Assembly: GCA_016293845.1 (NCBI GenBank) | Contig: JAEDDH010000001.1 | Location: forward strand, 29,211-93,210 | Length of the DNA stretch: 64,000 bases | Origin: Bacteroidales bacterium | Lineage (GTDB): Bacteria > Bacteroidota > Bacteroidia > Bacteroidales > UBA3824 | Direction: 5' to 3' | Shown: piece by piece, positions 1-9,835 of the stretch | How the letters are laid out: the number at the start of each line of letters is the position of its first letter | Numbering within the stretch: position 1 is the first letter of the stretch | Notes under the pieces: generated by a model | Told to the model about the DNA's origin: nothing | Seen by the model: only the letters and a program-made list of their open reading frames with translations | The model's database searches: none | Made by a program: the position numbers and the translations under genes

Positions 1-680
1 TTGGTGTCTCTTCCATATCTTTCTTCTTTTCTCCTTAGTGTCGCCTTTGCATAAAAGGTTACACCTTTATATATTATTTCTTCTCTACAAATTTACTTTT
101 CTGATGCATTAATGTCAAATTATTATGTATCAGATGTTTATACAAAATGTATTAAAATTATGGACAATATGTCCAATAATTTTGGACGTTTGCCTTTTGC
201 AGTCCCGAAAGGTGTTGTTGTTATACAAAGAAAGCGCAGACTGCATATACCTTTCTTTCGGCAAGTTATATCTGTTAACGACGGTCGTGAGAATTACCTA
301 AATGCAAGGATATAACAATAGCAATCTACGCCTATACGATAGGCGAAGACGCTATGCTGTCTCTTGCATTAATTTGAAAATTTCTCACGTTTTCGTTAAC
401 AAGAAAAGCATAACGCTTCCTAAAATTTCTTATGTCGGATTCCGGGTGTGTAGAGCCAGAGATCCAAAAGCAAATTTACAATAAGCGATTATAAAAGTCA
501 AGTTTTTGAATATGTTTTTTCTAATTATTTTTTCTTTTCCTCTCCAATATTACTACTTGCAAACTTTACATTTTTTGCAAATTTACTTTTGAAAAACAAA
601 TTTGCATAAAAAAAGTGTTAAAATGTTTTGTAGATTTACTTTTTGAAAGTAAATTTGCAGAAATTTTAATCGATATTGGT

Positions 681-1838
681 ATGGTAAATCGTTTTTTAAC
701 CGACAAGATTAAGTCGTTGTTGACTAAATATCCTGTTGTAACTATCACAGGTCCCAGGCAATCGGGAAAAACAACCCTCCTGAAAAACACTTTTACTGAC
801 TATAAATATGTCTCGCTCGAAGACCCTGATATGAGGAATTTCGCATCCAACGATCCCCGCGGATTTCTTGCTACTTATCCCGACAAGACTATTATCGACG
901 AGGCTCAAAAAGTGCCGCAGTTGTTTTCTTATATTCAAACAGTTACCGACAATGCCAACAAAACAGGTATGTATATTTTGGCTGGGTCGCAAAACTTTTT
1001 GCTGTTAGAGGCTGTAAGTCAGTCGCTTGCGGGAAGAACTGCCGTGTTGAAACTTCTTCCGTTTTCGTTGGCTGAGATGAAAAATGGAGGATTTGCGATT
1101 AAAGATGTTGATTCTCAGATATATAATGGTTCTTATCCTCGCCTTTACGACAAGGATATTCCGCCGCAGGATTATTATCCGTATTACATTCAAACATACG
1201 TGGAGCGTGATGTTAGGCAGGTCAAGAACATAGGCGACCTCAATAAGTTTGAGAAGTTTGTGAAACTTTGCGCCGGTCGTATTGGTCAGGTGCTGAATGT
1301 GTCGTCGCTTGCCAACGATTGCGGCATATCCGTTTCGGCGGCTAATTCGTGGCTTTCGGTGTTGGAGACAAGTTATATTTGCTATCTGTTGAAACCTGAT
1401 TACAATAATTTTTCTAAACGTCTGATTAAGAGCCCAAAACTATATTTTTACGACACGGGTCTTGCTTGTTCGCTGCTCGACATAAAATCGGCAGAACAGG
1501 TTTCGATGCATTTTCTCAAAGGTGGTCTTTTTGAAAATCTTGTGCTGACGGAGTTTCTCAAACACTATTATAATCAGGGACTTGTACCCGACCTTACTTT
1601 TTTCCGCGATAGTAGTGGTAATGAGATTGATATCATCGACAATGTTGACGGCAAACAGTTGGCTTACGAGGTTAAAGCCGGTTCTACCTATTCGCCCGAC
1701 TATTTTAAAGGGATTATCAAATGGCAGGGCTTTTCGGGTTATCCGTCCGATAACTGCACAGTAGTTTATACCGGTGATATGGAAATGAAAACTTCCAACG
1801 GCCGTGTTGTAAATTTTGCTAACTTATGGAATATTTAA
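681..1838 (+). CDS. AAA+ ATPase, DUF4143-type ATP-binding protein
   Basis: Walker A motif GPRQSGKTT; overall architecture typical of the Bacteroidetes AAA/DUF4143 family; the internal Met at 681 is a more plausible start than 615. Confidence 0.7.
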   Translation: MVNRFLTDKIKSLLTKYPVVTITGPRQSGKTTLLKNTFTDYKYVSLEDPDMRNFASNDPRGFLATYPDKTIIDEAQKVPQLFSYIQTVTDNANKTGMYILAGSQNFLLLEAVSQSLAGRTAVLKLLPFSLAEMKNGGFAIKDVDSQIYNGSYPRLYDKDIPPQDYYPYYIQTYVERDVRQVKNIGDLNKFEKFVKLCAGRIGQVLNVSSLANDCGISVSAANSWLSVLETSYICYLLKPDYNNFSKRLIKSPKLYFYDTGLACSLLDIKSAEQVSMHFLKGGLFENLVLTEFLKHYYNQGLVPDLTFFRDSSGNEIDIIDNVDGKQLAYEVKAGSTYSPDYFKGIIKWQGFSGYPSDNCTVVYTGDMEMKTSNGRVVNFANLWNI

Positions 1839-1848
1839 TCAATCTATT

Positions 1849-2772
1849 ATGGACACCTCTCTTCGTGAAAAAAAGATTTATCGTGTAACCCTCAAAGGCA
1901 GTGCTGTTAACTGTGTGCTGCTGGTGGCTAAGTTTGTGGCGGGTATTTTGGGCGGATCGGCGGCGATGATTGCAGACGCTGTGCATTCGCTGTCGGATTT
2001 TCTTACTGATTTTGTGGTGATGGCTTTTGTAAAACTGAGTTCAAAACCGCAGGACGAGGATCACGATTATGGTCACGGAAAATACGAAACTCTCGCCACC
2101 GCCTCAATTGGTATTTTGCTGTTTTTTGTGGGTGTGATGATTCTCTACAATGGCGCTGTGAGCATTTACAACGCGTTTGTGGGCGAGGTGCTGCCAGTGC
2201 CCGGAGCGGTGGCTTTGGTGGTGGCTTTGCTGAGTATCGCTCTCAAAGAGTGGGCTTACAGATTTACCGTTAAGGTGGGTAGAGAGGTTGAATCTCAGGC
2301 AGTTGTGGCTAATGCTTGGCATCATCGTACCGACGCTTTTTCGTCGATTGCCACTGCTGTGGGCGTGGGTGCCGCGTTTGGTTTGGGCGAAAAATGGGCA
2401 GTGCTCGACCCTGTGGCAGCCGTTTTTGTAAGTTTCTTTATCATCAAAACCGCTTTCGACTTGATTTCGCAAGCCACGGGCGAACTTTTGGAAAAAAGCC
2501 TTCCCCCTGATGTGGAAAACCGTATTGTGGAGATTGCCGAATCTGAACCCGAAGTTAGTGATATTCACGGACTTAGAACTCGCAAAATTGGTAGCCGTAT
2601 TGCCATTGAGATGCATTTTAGAATGCCGGCTAATATTTCGCTTTATCACGCGCATTGCCACGCATCAAACATTGAGCAAGAACTAAAAAAAGAATTTGGC
2701 GAAACAACTCATATTTCTATTCATTTTGAGCCTGAAAAAATCGACGGAAAATATTGTAATCCCGATAGTTAA
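1849..2772 (+). CDS. cation diffusion facilitator (CDF) family divalent-cation efflux transporter
   Basis: Six predicted TM helices, HxxxD-like metal-site motifs (HSLSD, HHRTDAFSS) and a C-terminal cytoplasmic domain; start moved to MDTSLREKK. Confidence 0.8.
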   Translation: MDTSLREKKIYRVTLKGSAVNCVLLVAKFVAGILGGSAAMIADAVHSLSDFLTDFVVMAFVKLSSKPQDEDHDYGHGKYETLATASIGILLFFVGVMILYNGAVSIYNAFVGEVLPVPGAVALVVALLSIALKEWAYRFTVKVGREVESQAVVANAWHHRTDAFSSIATAVGVGAAFGLGEKWAVLDPVAAVFVSFFIIKTAFDLISQATGELLEKSLPPDVENRIVEIAESEPEVSDIHGLRTRKIGSRIAIEMHFRMPANISLYHAHCHASNIEQELKKEFGETTHISIHFEPEKIDGKYCNPDS

Positions 2773-2887
2773 TGGCTATTGAAAAATTTTTGCTACATAA
2801 AATTGTCATTTTAATCTTGTTTTCAAAAAAATGTTTATAAATTTGCCGCTGAAAGGATAAATTTTACTTAAAAATCTTAACGTTACA

Positions 2888-4783
2888 ATGGAAGATCTTT
2901 TGCAACAAACGCAGGAATACACTGATGATAAGATTGTTCACTTAGAGTGGAACGAACATATACGCCGCCGTCCGGGTATGTATATCGGTAAACTTGGCGA
3001 CGGTCAATCTGCCGACGACGGTATCTACGTGCTTCTCAAAGAGACCATCGACAACTCTATCGACGAGTTTATGATGGGTTTCGGCAAAAAAATTGAGGTT
3101 ACAATTCAAGATTCGCATGTTACCGTGCGCGATTATGGACGTGGTATTCCGCTTGGCAAGGTGGTTGACGTGGCTTCGCAAATGAACACCGGCGCTAAAT
3201 ACGACAGCAGCGTGTTTAAAAAATCTGTGGGTCTCAACGGCGTGGGTATCAAGGCTGTTAACGCATTGTCTACCAATTTTATGATTCGTTCTTTCCGCGA
3301 CGGTCAGTGCAAGCGGGTGGTTTTCTCTAAGGGCGTTTGTCAAGAGGACGACCCCATTTGCGCATCTAACGAAAAAAACGGTACAGAAACTTCGTTTATC
3401 CCTGATAAAGAGTTGTTTGTAAACTACAACTTCCTCGACGACTATATTGTGCCGATGCTCAAAAATTACACCTACCTCAACCGGGGGTTAACTATTGTTT
3501 ACAATGGCGAACAGTATCAGAGCAAGAATGGTCTGCTCGACCTTTTGAACGAAAATATGAGCACCGAGGGCATTTATCCTATCATACACCTTGTAGGTCA
3601 GGATGTTGAGATTGCAATGACCCACAACAACAAGTATAGCGAGGAGTATTATTCGTTTGTAAACGGTCAGCACACAACCCAAGGCGGCACGCACCTGATG
3701 GCATTCCGCGAGGCCTTGATTAAAACTGTGCGCGACTTTTATAAAAAGGAATTTGACGTTAACGATATTAAGGCGTCGATTGCGGCGGCAGTGAGCATCA
3801 AGGTAGAGGAGCCTGTGTTTGAAAGTCAGACCAAAACCAAATTGGGCAGCAAAAATATGAGTCCCAACGGCGAGAGCATCCGCAACTTTATGATGAATTT
3901 TGTTACCCGCGAACTCGACAACTATTTGCACAAAAATCCCGAAACGGCGCAAATTCTCTTGAAAAAAATTCAGGACAACGAACGCGACCGCAAGGCTATT
4001 TCGGGTATTCAAAAAATTGCCCGCGAACGTGCCAAAAAGGTGAACCTTCACAACCGAAAACTCCGCGACTGCAATGTGCATTTCAATAGTAGCGACAAAC
4101 GCAAATCAGAATCTACCATATTTATCACCGAGGGTGATTCGGCAAGCGGAAGCATCACCAAGAGCCGCGACGTTAACACTCAGGCTGTTTTCTCGCTTCG
4201 TGGTAAACCGCTCAACTGTTTTGGACTCACCAAAAAAGTGGTTTACGAAAACGAGGAATTCAACCTTTTGCAGGCTGCTCTCAACATAGAGGAGGGTATC
4301 GAAAACATCCGTTACAACCGTGTGGTAATTGCCACCGATGCCGATGTGGACGGTATGCACATTCGTTTGCTGATGATTACGTTTTTCTTGAATTTCTTCC
4401 CCGAAGTTATTAAAAACAAGCACCTTTATATATTGCAGACCCCGCTTTTCCGTGTAAGAAACAAGCAGAAAACTTTCTATTGTTACAGCGACGAGGAGAA
4501 ACTTGCTGCCATTGCGGCGTGTGGTAAAAATCCCGAAATGACCCGATTCAAAGGTCTTGGAGAGATTTCGCCCGACGAGTTTAAACATTTTATTGGTCCT
4601 GAAATGCGTATCGAACCTGTTTTGATTAAAAAGGAAGACCAGATTCAAGAATTAATGAATTTCTATATGGGCAAGAATACTCCTGAGCGTCAGAACTTTA
4701 TCATCGACAACCTTGTTATCGAAGAAGACCGCATAGAGGAGGAAGAACTACCCGAAACACGCATTGCCGACAACGAAGAATAG
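2888..4783 (+). CDS. parE: DNA topoisomerase IV subunit B (type IIA topoisomerase B subunit)
   Basis: GHKL ATPase N-terminus plus a Toprim region; at 631 aa it lacks the GyrB-specific insertion, which points to ParE rather than GyrB. Confidence 0.75.
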   Translation: MEDLLQQTQEYTDDKIVHLEWNEHIRRRPGMYIGKLGDGQSADDGIYVLLKETIDNSIDEFMMGFGKKIEVTIQDSHVTVRDYGRGIPLGKVVDVASQMNTGAKYDSSVFKKSVGLNGVGIKAVNALSTNFMIRSFRDGQCKRVVFSKGVCQEDDPICASNEKNGTETSFIPDKELFVNYNFLDDYIVPMLKNYTYLNRGLTIVYNGEQYQSKNGLLDLLNENMSTEGIYPIIHLVGQDVEIAMTHNNKYSEEYYSFVNGQHTTQGGTHLMAFREALIKTVRDFYKKEFDVNDIKASIAAAVSIKVEEPVFESQTKTKLGSKNMSPNGESIRNFMMNFVTRELDNYLHKNPETAQILLKKIQDNERDRKAISGIQKIARERAKKVNLHNRKLRDCNVHFNSSDKRKSESTIFITEGDSASGSITKSRDVNTQAVFSLRGKPLNCFGLTKKVVYENEEFNLLQAALNIEEGIENIRYNRVVIATDADVDGMHIRLLMITFFLNFFPEVIKNKHLYILQTPLFRVRNKQKTFYCYSDEEKLAAIAACGKNPEMTRFKGLGEISPDEFKHFIGPEMRIEPVLIKKEDQIQELMNFYMGKNTPERQNFIIDNLVIEEDRIEEEELPETRIADNEE

Positions 4784-4988
4784 TGATTTTTGACCTCAAA
4801 AACGGTTGGTTTGTTAAGTTAGTGTAATTATTCTACCTTTCACATTATAAGAATGTTAACTTAACAAATTTTAAGATTTTAGCCAAAACATCTGCACACG
4901 GTCACCGTTTATAATTGTACATTCTCCGCAGTGATTGCGCAGATTTTTGGTTAAACATTTTATTGATTTAAGTTTTTGAAGTAAAAAA

Positions 4989-5018
4989 CGGAATTGACGG
5001 AACAATTCCGTTTTTTTT
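4989..5018 (+). terminator. rho-independent terminator after parE
   Basis: 8-bp stem cggaattg/caattccg with a 6-nt loop, followed by T8. Confidence 0.6.
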
Positions 5019-5071
5019 GTGTATAATTATAAAAATAGTATATTTGCAGTAGAAACTTAAAGATTATTTAT

Positions 5072-5386
5072 ATGGACAACATAGCATTCAACGGGTTAGT
5101 AACCTTTCTTTGCGGTACGCTTTCTACCGATGATTTGAAACGCTTAGGCGATTATCTCTTGCAAGTGGTTGAAATGCGTGACATTGATTCTGTGCCTTGC
5201 CCTTACACCAAAGAGGAGTTAAACGCAATGATTGATAGAGCCGAAGCCGAAATAGCGGCGGGGCTTGGAACTCCAAGCGAAGAAGTATTTCGCGAACTCT
5301 ATGAGGAAATTGAACGAGACGAAAAAAAAGCCGCTAACCAGAAGCGTAAGAAAATAAAAAAAGAACCTTTATGTGAGATGGTATGA
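5072..5386 (+). CDS. putative antitoxin partner of the downstream RelE/ParE toxin
   Basis: Small acidic/basic protein immediately upstream of a RelE/ParE-like ORF, with a 4-bp ATGA overlap. Confidence 0.35.
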   Translation: MDNIAFNGLVTFLCGTLSTDDLKRLGDYLLQVVEMRDIDSVPCPYTKEELNAMIDRAEAEIAAGLGTPSEEVFRELYEEIERDEKKAANQKRKKIKKEPLCEMV

Positions 5387-5694
5387 AGGTAATTTGGCAA
5401 GATGATGCAAAAAAATCTTTGAGACAAATTTCGAGATATATTGGTTCTAAATTCGGAAACACAGCCAAACTTGAATTTGTTAAAACGGTAGAGGAGTATA
5501 ATACAATGCTGAGTCAGATGCCTTATCTGTTTGCTATTGAACCCTTGTTTGATGACCGTCCCGAAACTTACCGTAGTGTGTTGATAGCCAACCGCAGCCG
5601 ATTGGTGTACCGTGTTGATGGCGACGTTGTCAATGTTGTTGCCTTTTGGGATTGCCTTAGAAATACTAAAAACAAGGCTAAAAAGATTAAATGA
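5383..5694 (+). CDS. type II toxin-antitoxin system RelE/ParE family toxin
   Basis: 103 aa with a RelE/ParE-like fold pattern (KVIWQDDAKKSL..., C-terminal YRV..DVVNVVAF..R); translationally coupled to the upstream ORF. Confidence 0.55.
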   Translation: MKVIWQDDAKKSLRQISRYIGSKFGNTAKLEFVKTVEEYNTMLSQMPYLFAIEPLFDDRPETYRSVLIANRSRLVYRVDGDVVNVVAFWDCLRNTKNKAKKIK

Positions 5695-5762
5695 TTAATT
5701 CATTTCGCATTCTGCATTATGAATTCTGCATTATGAATTATGAATTATGCATTAATTATGCA

Positions 5763-6272
5763 TTACTCAATCCCCAAATAATACACTATCACCGAATGTG
5801 GGGGAATTTTGTTTAAATCACCTACAAGACCTTTGGCGGCGTGAGGAGGAAGTATGAGCACTGCCTCGTCGCCGTGACGAAGAAATTTAAATGCCTTTAT
5901 CAATCCCACAATCATTTCGCTGCTGCCTGCCACAAGATTTTTCTTGCCGTCGGTTTGGCTGTCGTAGCATAAAGTGCCGTCGAGAAGTTCTATTCGGTAG
6001 GAGAGGATTACATTTGGATCTTGCTCTACGCTAAGGCCTTCGCCGTGCTTGGTAATCATATAGCGGATGCCTCCATCGGCAGTGTCCATTTGCCAATTGC
6101 GGCGTTTGATGTAGTTTTCTATTTGCTCCATATCCTGTTTAACGAGGTATTTGTTGGCTGTGATTAGATTCTCGTTAAACATACTGTACTCCTGAGGCTT
6201 TTTGCTATTGTCGGGAGTCTGCGAGCAAGCCGCCAAAAAAAGTGCTACTAATATATAAGGTGTGTGTTTCAT
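5763..6272 (-). CDS. FKBP-type peptidyl-prolyl cis-trans isomerase lipoprotein
   Basis: Lipoprotein signal peptide (LAACSQ) and a C-terminal FKBP domain. Confidence 0.7.
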   Translation of the reverse strand: MKHTPYILVALFLAACSQTPDNSKKPQEYSMFNENLITANKYLVKQDMEQIENYIKRRNWQMDTADGGIRYMITKHGEGLSVEQDPNVILSYRIELLDGTLCYDSQTDGKKNLVAGSSEMIVGLIKAFKFLRHGDEAVLILPPHAAKGLVGDLNKIPPHSVIVYYLGIE

Positions 6273-7282
6273 TTGTCTTGAATTTCTTTTGTGATTTTTG
6301 GGAGCAGCGATACAAAACGTTTTACCACCTCTTCCAATGGTTTAAACGATTTTCCGCCCGCAGCGTTGTCGTGTCCGCCGCCGTTGAAATAACGTTCTGC
6401 AATGGTGTTGACCTTGAAACCGCCTTTTGAGCGGAACGAACAGCGTATAATGCCGTCTCTCTCCATAAAGAATGCCGAAAACTTTACGTGCTCGATGCTA
6501 AGTGGCAGATTTACAAAGCCTTCGGTGTCGCCCACACGGTAGTCGAATTTGTCGGCTTCTGCCTTTGTGAGCATAATGTAGGCGGTATGATATTTTTCAA
6601 ACACCACCATTTTTTTGCTGAGGACGTATCCTTGCAGGCGCATACGACCTTCGGAATACGAATCGTAGATGTGGTGGATGATTTCGGCGCGGTCGATGGG
6701 CATTGCGGCAAGTTTCGATGCCACTTCAAATGTGCGCTGACCTGTGCAGTTAAACTGAAAACATCCAGTATCGGTGGTAAGTCCTGTAAATAAGCAAATT
6801 GCAGAATCGTTCGACACTTCAAAACCGCACGCTTCAAAAAAAAGGTAAAGCAATTCGCAAGTGGCGGCGGCTTCGGGGTCGGAAAAAATGTATTTAAAAA
6901 TATCGCGTTGAGGGTTTGGATGGTGGTCGATCATCACTTTTACGGCGGGGCTCTCTTCCAGCACCTTCTGCATCTTGTCCACACGCGACGACGAGCTGTA
7001 GTCGAGAGCAAAAATCATATCGGCTTCCGAAACCTTGGCGGCGTTTTCGTCGTGGTTGTAGATGAGTATTTCGTTGCATCCGGGCATCCATTTAAAGGTG
7101 TCGGGGATGTTGTTTGGCAGTATTACGCAACAATCTTTCTTGTCTTTGAGGTAGTTGTAAAGTGCGAGCGATGATCCGAGAGCGTCGCCATCGGGGTTGA
7201 GGTGCGCCGTTATAACCACTTTTTTTGCCTTGTTGAGCAAATCTTTTATCTCTTCAACAGATTTTTTTTCAAATAATTCCAT
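6269..7282 (-). CDS. nrnA: DHH-family phosphoesterase (NrnA-like bifunctional oligoribonuclease/pAp phosphatase)
   Basis: DHH motifs (HLNPDGDALGS, MIDHHPN) and a DHHA1 C-terminus; 4-bp overlap with the FKBP gene. Confidence 0.7.
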   Translation of the reverse strand: MELFEKKSVEEIKDLLNKAKKVVITAHLNPDGDALGSSLALYNYLKDKKDCCVILPNNIPDTFKWMPGCNEILIYNHDENAAKVSEADMIFALDYSSSSRVDKMQKVLEESPAVKVMIDHHPNPQRDIFKYIFSDPEAAATCELLYLFFEACGFEVSNDSAICLFTGLTTDTGCFQFNCTGQRTFEVASKLAAMPIDRAEIIHHIYDSYSEGRMRLQGYVLSKKMVVFEKYHTAYIMLTKAEADKFDYRVGDTEGFVNLPLSIEHVKFSAFFMERDGIIRCSFRSKGGFKVNTIAERYFNGGGHDNAAGGKSFKPLEEVVKRFVSLLPKITKEIQDK

Positions 7283-7360
7283 TTTTGTTTTATAAAATTA
7301 ATCAAATTGCTACATTTGCAGAAATTTTTGCAAATATATAAATTTAAAAACAAATCAAAA

Positions 7361-7828
7361 ATGAGTGGAAGACATACATTAATGTTGATTAAACCCAATG
7401 CGGTTAAAAACGAGTTCGCAGAGCAGATTTTTTTAGAAGTTCATCAGCACGGATTCAAAATCCTCGCTTGTAAGAAATTGCAACTCAGCAAGAACGAGGC
7501 AGAAGCCTTCTATTTCGTACACAAAGGAAAATCATTTTTCGACGATTTGGTAGAATTTATGACCTCTGGTCCTATCTACGCAGCCGTTCTTGAAAAAGAC
7601 AACGCAGTAGCCGATTGGCGCAAACTTATGGGCGCTACCGATCCTGCCCAGGCTGAAATCGGTACGATCCGCCGCAAATACGCAGAATCAGTTCAGCACA
7701 ATGCTGTTCACGGTTCTGACAGCGATGCCAACGCTTTGAACGAAATTTTCTTCTATTTCTCTGCCCGCGAGATTGTTAACGCAGGTGGCGGAATCATTCA
7801 GTTGCACGATATCAACAAAGCCGAATAG
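7361..7828 (+). CDS. ndk: nucleoside-diphosphate kinase
   Basis: Full-length NDK with the active-site His region (NAVHGSDS). Confidence 0.9.
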   Translation: MSGRHTLMLIKPNAVKNEFAEQIFLEVHQHGFKILACKKLQLSKNEAEAFYFVHKGKSFFDDLVEFMTSGPIYAAVLEKDNAVADWRKLMGATDPAQAEIGTIRRKYAESVQHNAVHGSDSDANALNEIFFYFSAREIVNAGGGIIQLHDINKAE

Positions 7829-7859
7829 GTTTTGGGCAACAATAATGACATTTTTTTTG

Positions 7860-7890
7860 CAGCCGTCTTCGTTTGACGGCTGTTTTTTTT
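7860..7890 (+). terminator. rho-independent terminator after ndk
   Basis: Stem cagccgtc/gacggctg followed by T8. Confidence 0.6.
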
Positions 7891-7929
7891 GCTAACAATA
7901 TATGATGCAAAAAAAATTTTTGTATCTTA

Positions 7930-9750
7930 GTGCGAAAATTATTCACCCTAGAAATGAAAAGGACAACCTTAAAAAATGCAGCGTTTTTTGCGCTTAAAAC
8001 ATTGATTTTTACAGTAGTTCTATCTATATCGCTGTTATATTTCTTTCCTGTAACATACGCGCGAAACTTTGCCTATTCGCCACACGGCGACAGCGCGGTG
8101 CACAATCGTTGGGTAGATTCGGTTTTTGCCACTATGACTCCCGACGAGCGTGTGGGTCAGTTGTTTATGGTAGAAGTGAGCAGCAAATGGGGTGCAGCCG
8201 ACAAACTTTACAAAAGCGTGGAGCAATATGTAACCGACTATCACATAGGCGGTGTTCTGTTTTTTTATGGCGGACCAAACCGTCAGGCTGCCATTACCAA
8301 CAAGTTGCAGAGTATTTCAAAAGTGCCGCTGATGGTAGCCCAAGATGCCGAATGGGGCTTGGGAATGAGGTTAGACAGCACAATTTCGTATCCCCGACAA
8401 CTTAATCTCGGCGCTATCGAAAACGAAGATCTTGTATACAAAACTGGACTTGAAATTGCCCGTCAGTGCCGACGCCTTGGGGTCAACATCGATTTTGCAC
8501 CCTGTGTGGATATTTACGACAATCCCGGCAACTCGGTAATTGTAAACCGTTCGTTTGGTAGTGATAAACAGGAAGTTGCACGCAAATCGCTCGCCATAAT
8601 GTCGGGTATGCAAGATGGCGGAATACTCACCACAGCCAAACATTTTCCGGGTCACGGCAATACCGTTGCCGATTCGCACTACGACCTTCCTATTATCAAA
8701 GGCGACAAGCAGCGTATCGACACGTTTGAACTTTATCCGTTTAAATATCTGATTAACAATGGAGTAAAAGGCGTTATGGTAGGACATCTCTTTGTGGAGG
8801 CTTACGATGATTCTATTACCCAAACTCCGTCGAGCATTTCTGAAAACATTATTTCTAAACTGCTCAAAAAAAATCTTGGTTTTCAGGGACTTGTATTCAC
8901 CGACGCACTTGCAATGCAGGGCGTTAGCCGCAATTATCCTTCGGGCGAACTCGAAGTAAGGGCTTTTAAAGCAGGTGTCGATGTGTTTTTGCAGCCGAAA
9001 GATTTTGTGGCGGCTTACAATGGCATTATTGCCGCACGCGATTCGGGTTATATTTCGCAAAAGGAGATTGATATCCGCTGCAAAAAAATACTTCTCGCCA
9101 AAAAACAACTCGGTTTGGATAATTTTCAGCCAGTAAGCACCGAAAACCTCTATCAAGACCTCAACAACGATTATGCACAAAACCTTCAATCTCAGATAGT
9201 TGAAAATTCCATTACCCTTATCAAAAACCGCGACAATCTTTTGCCGCTCAAAAATTTATCCTCTAAACGCATAGCCGCCGTGTCGATTGGCAAAATTGCC
9301 GAAGAAACCGAATTTGAAATTTCGCTCCGTAGGTTTACCAATTTGGATGTTTATACGATTGAAAAAGAGGCTGAGCCAGCGTCGTTTACCACTCTCTCCG
9401 ACACCTTAAAGACCTACGACCTTGTGATTATTGGCTTTCACAATTGCAACGCCTATCCTCCGAGGTTTGGATTTACTGCCAATTCGATAAACTTTGCCGA
9501 AACATTGGCTAAAACTACCCCTGTGGTTCTTAGTATTTTTACTAACCCTATGGGTTTCACCAAGTTTAATCCTAAAAATGATAATTTTGCTGCCATCTTA
9601 GTGGCTTACGACGACACTCCGCTTGCCCGCCGCATTTCAGGTGAGATGGTTTTTGGCGAATTGCCCTTCAAAGGCCGCCTCCCCGTCTGCATCAATGCCA
9701 AATATCCTCACGGCACAGGGTTCAAAACTGAGGGGTTTAAGGTGTATTGA
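7930..9750 (+). CDS. glycoside hydrolase family 3 (NagZ/BglX-like beta-hexosaminidase/glycosidase)
   Basis: GH3 N-terminal catalytic domain motifs (KHFPGHG, D-containing region); N-terminal signal/TM segment. Confidence 0.8.
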   Translation: MRKLFTLEMKRTTLKNAAFFALKTLIFTVVLSISLLYFFPVTYARNFAYSPHGDSAVHNRWVDSVFATMTPDERVGQLFMVEVSSKWGAADKLYKSVEQYVTDYHIGGVLFFYGGPNRQAAITNKLQSISKVPLMVAQDAEWGLGMRLDSTISYPRQLNLGAIENEDLVYKTGLEIARQCRRLGVNIDFAPCVDIYDNPGNSVIVNRSFGSDKQEVARKSLAIMSGMQDGGILTTAKHFPGHGNTVADSHYDLPIIKGDKQRIDTFELYPFKYLINNGVKGVMVGHLFVEAYDDSITQTPSSISENIISKLLKKNLGFQGLVFTDALAMQGVSRNYPSGELEVRAFKAGVDVFLQPKDFVAAYNGIIAARDSGYISQKEIDIRCKKILLAKKQLGLDNFQPVSTENLYQDLNNDYAQNLQSQIVENSITLIKNRDNLLPLKNLSSKRIAAVSIGKIAEETEFEISLRRFTNLDVYTIEKEAEPASFTTLSDTLKTYDLVIIGFHNCNAYPPRFGFTANSINFAETLAKTTPVVLSIFTNPMGFTKFNPKNDNFAAILVAYDDTPLARRISGEMVFGELPFKGRLPVCINAKYPHGTGFKTEGFKVY

Positions 9751-9835
9751 GGTAATAATAAGGTGTAGTTATTTTTTGCAGAAACAAAAAATAACTACAT
9801 TTGCACCAGAAAATAGTGCCATAGCAGAGGGTAAT

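Noticed and set aside
112-484. Two small plus-strand ORFs (67 and 60 aa) at the window start
   Set aside because: There is no family resemblance and the composition is odd. They lie in an AT-rich intergenic region with repeat motifs, so they are probably non-coding.
2104-4648. Long antisense ORFs (185, 133, 197 and 180 aa) opposite the CDF and parE genes
   Set aside because: They sit fully inside conserved genes on the opposite strand and are His/Arg-rich artefacts of codon complementarity.
9623-9835. Upstream 71-aa extension of the acyltransferase ORF
   Set aside because: It overlaps the 3' end of the GH3 gene in another frame and is Ala/Ser/Pro-rich, unlike the rest of the protein. MKIKNVEDF at 9836 matches the family N-terminus.
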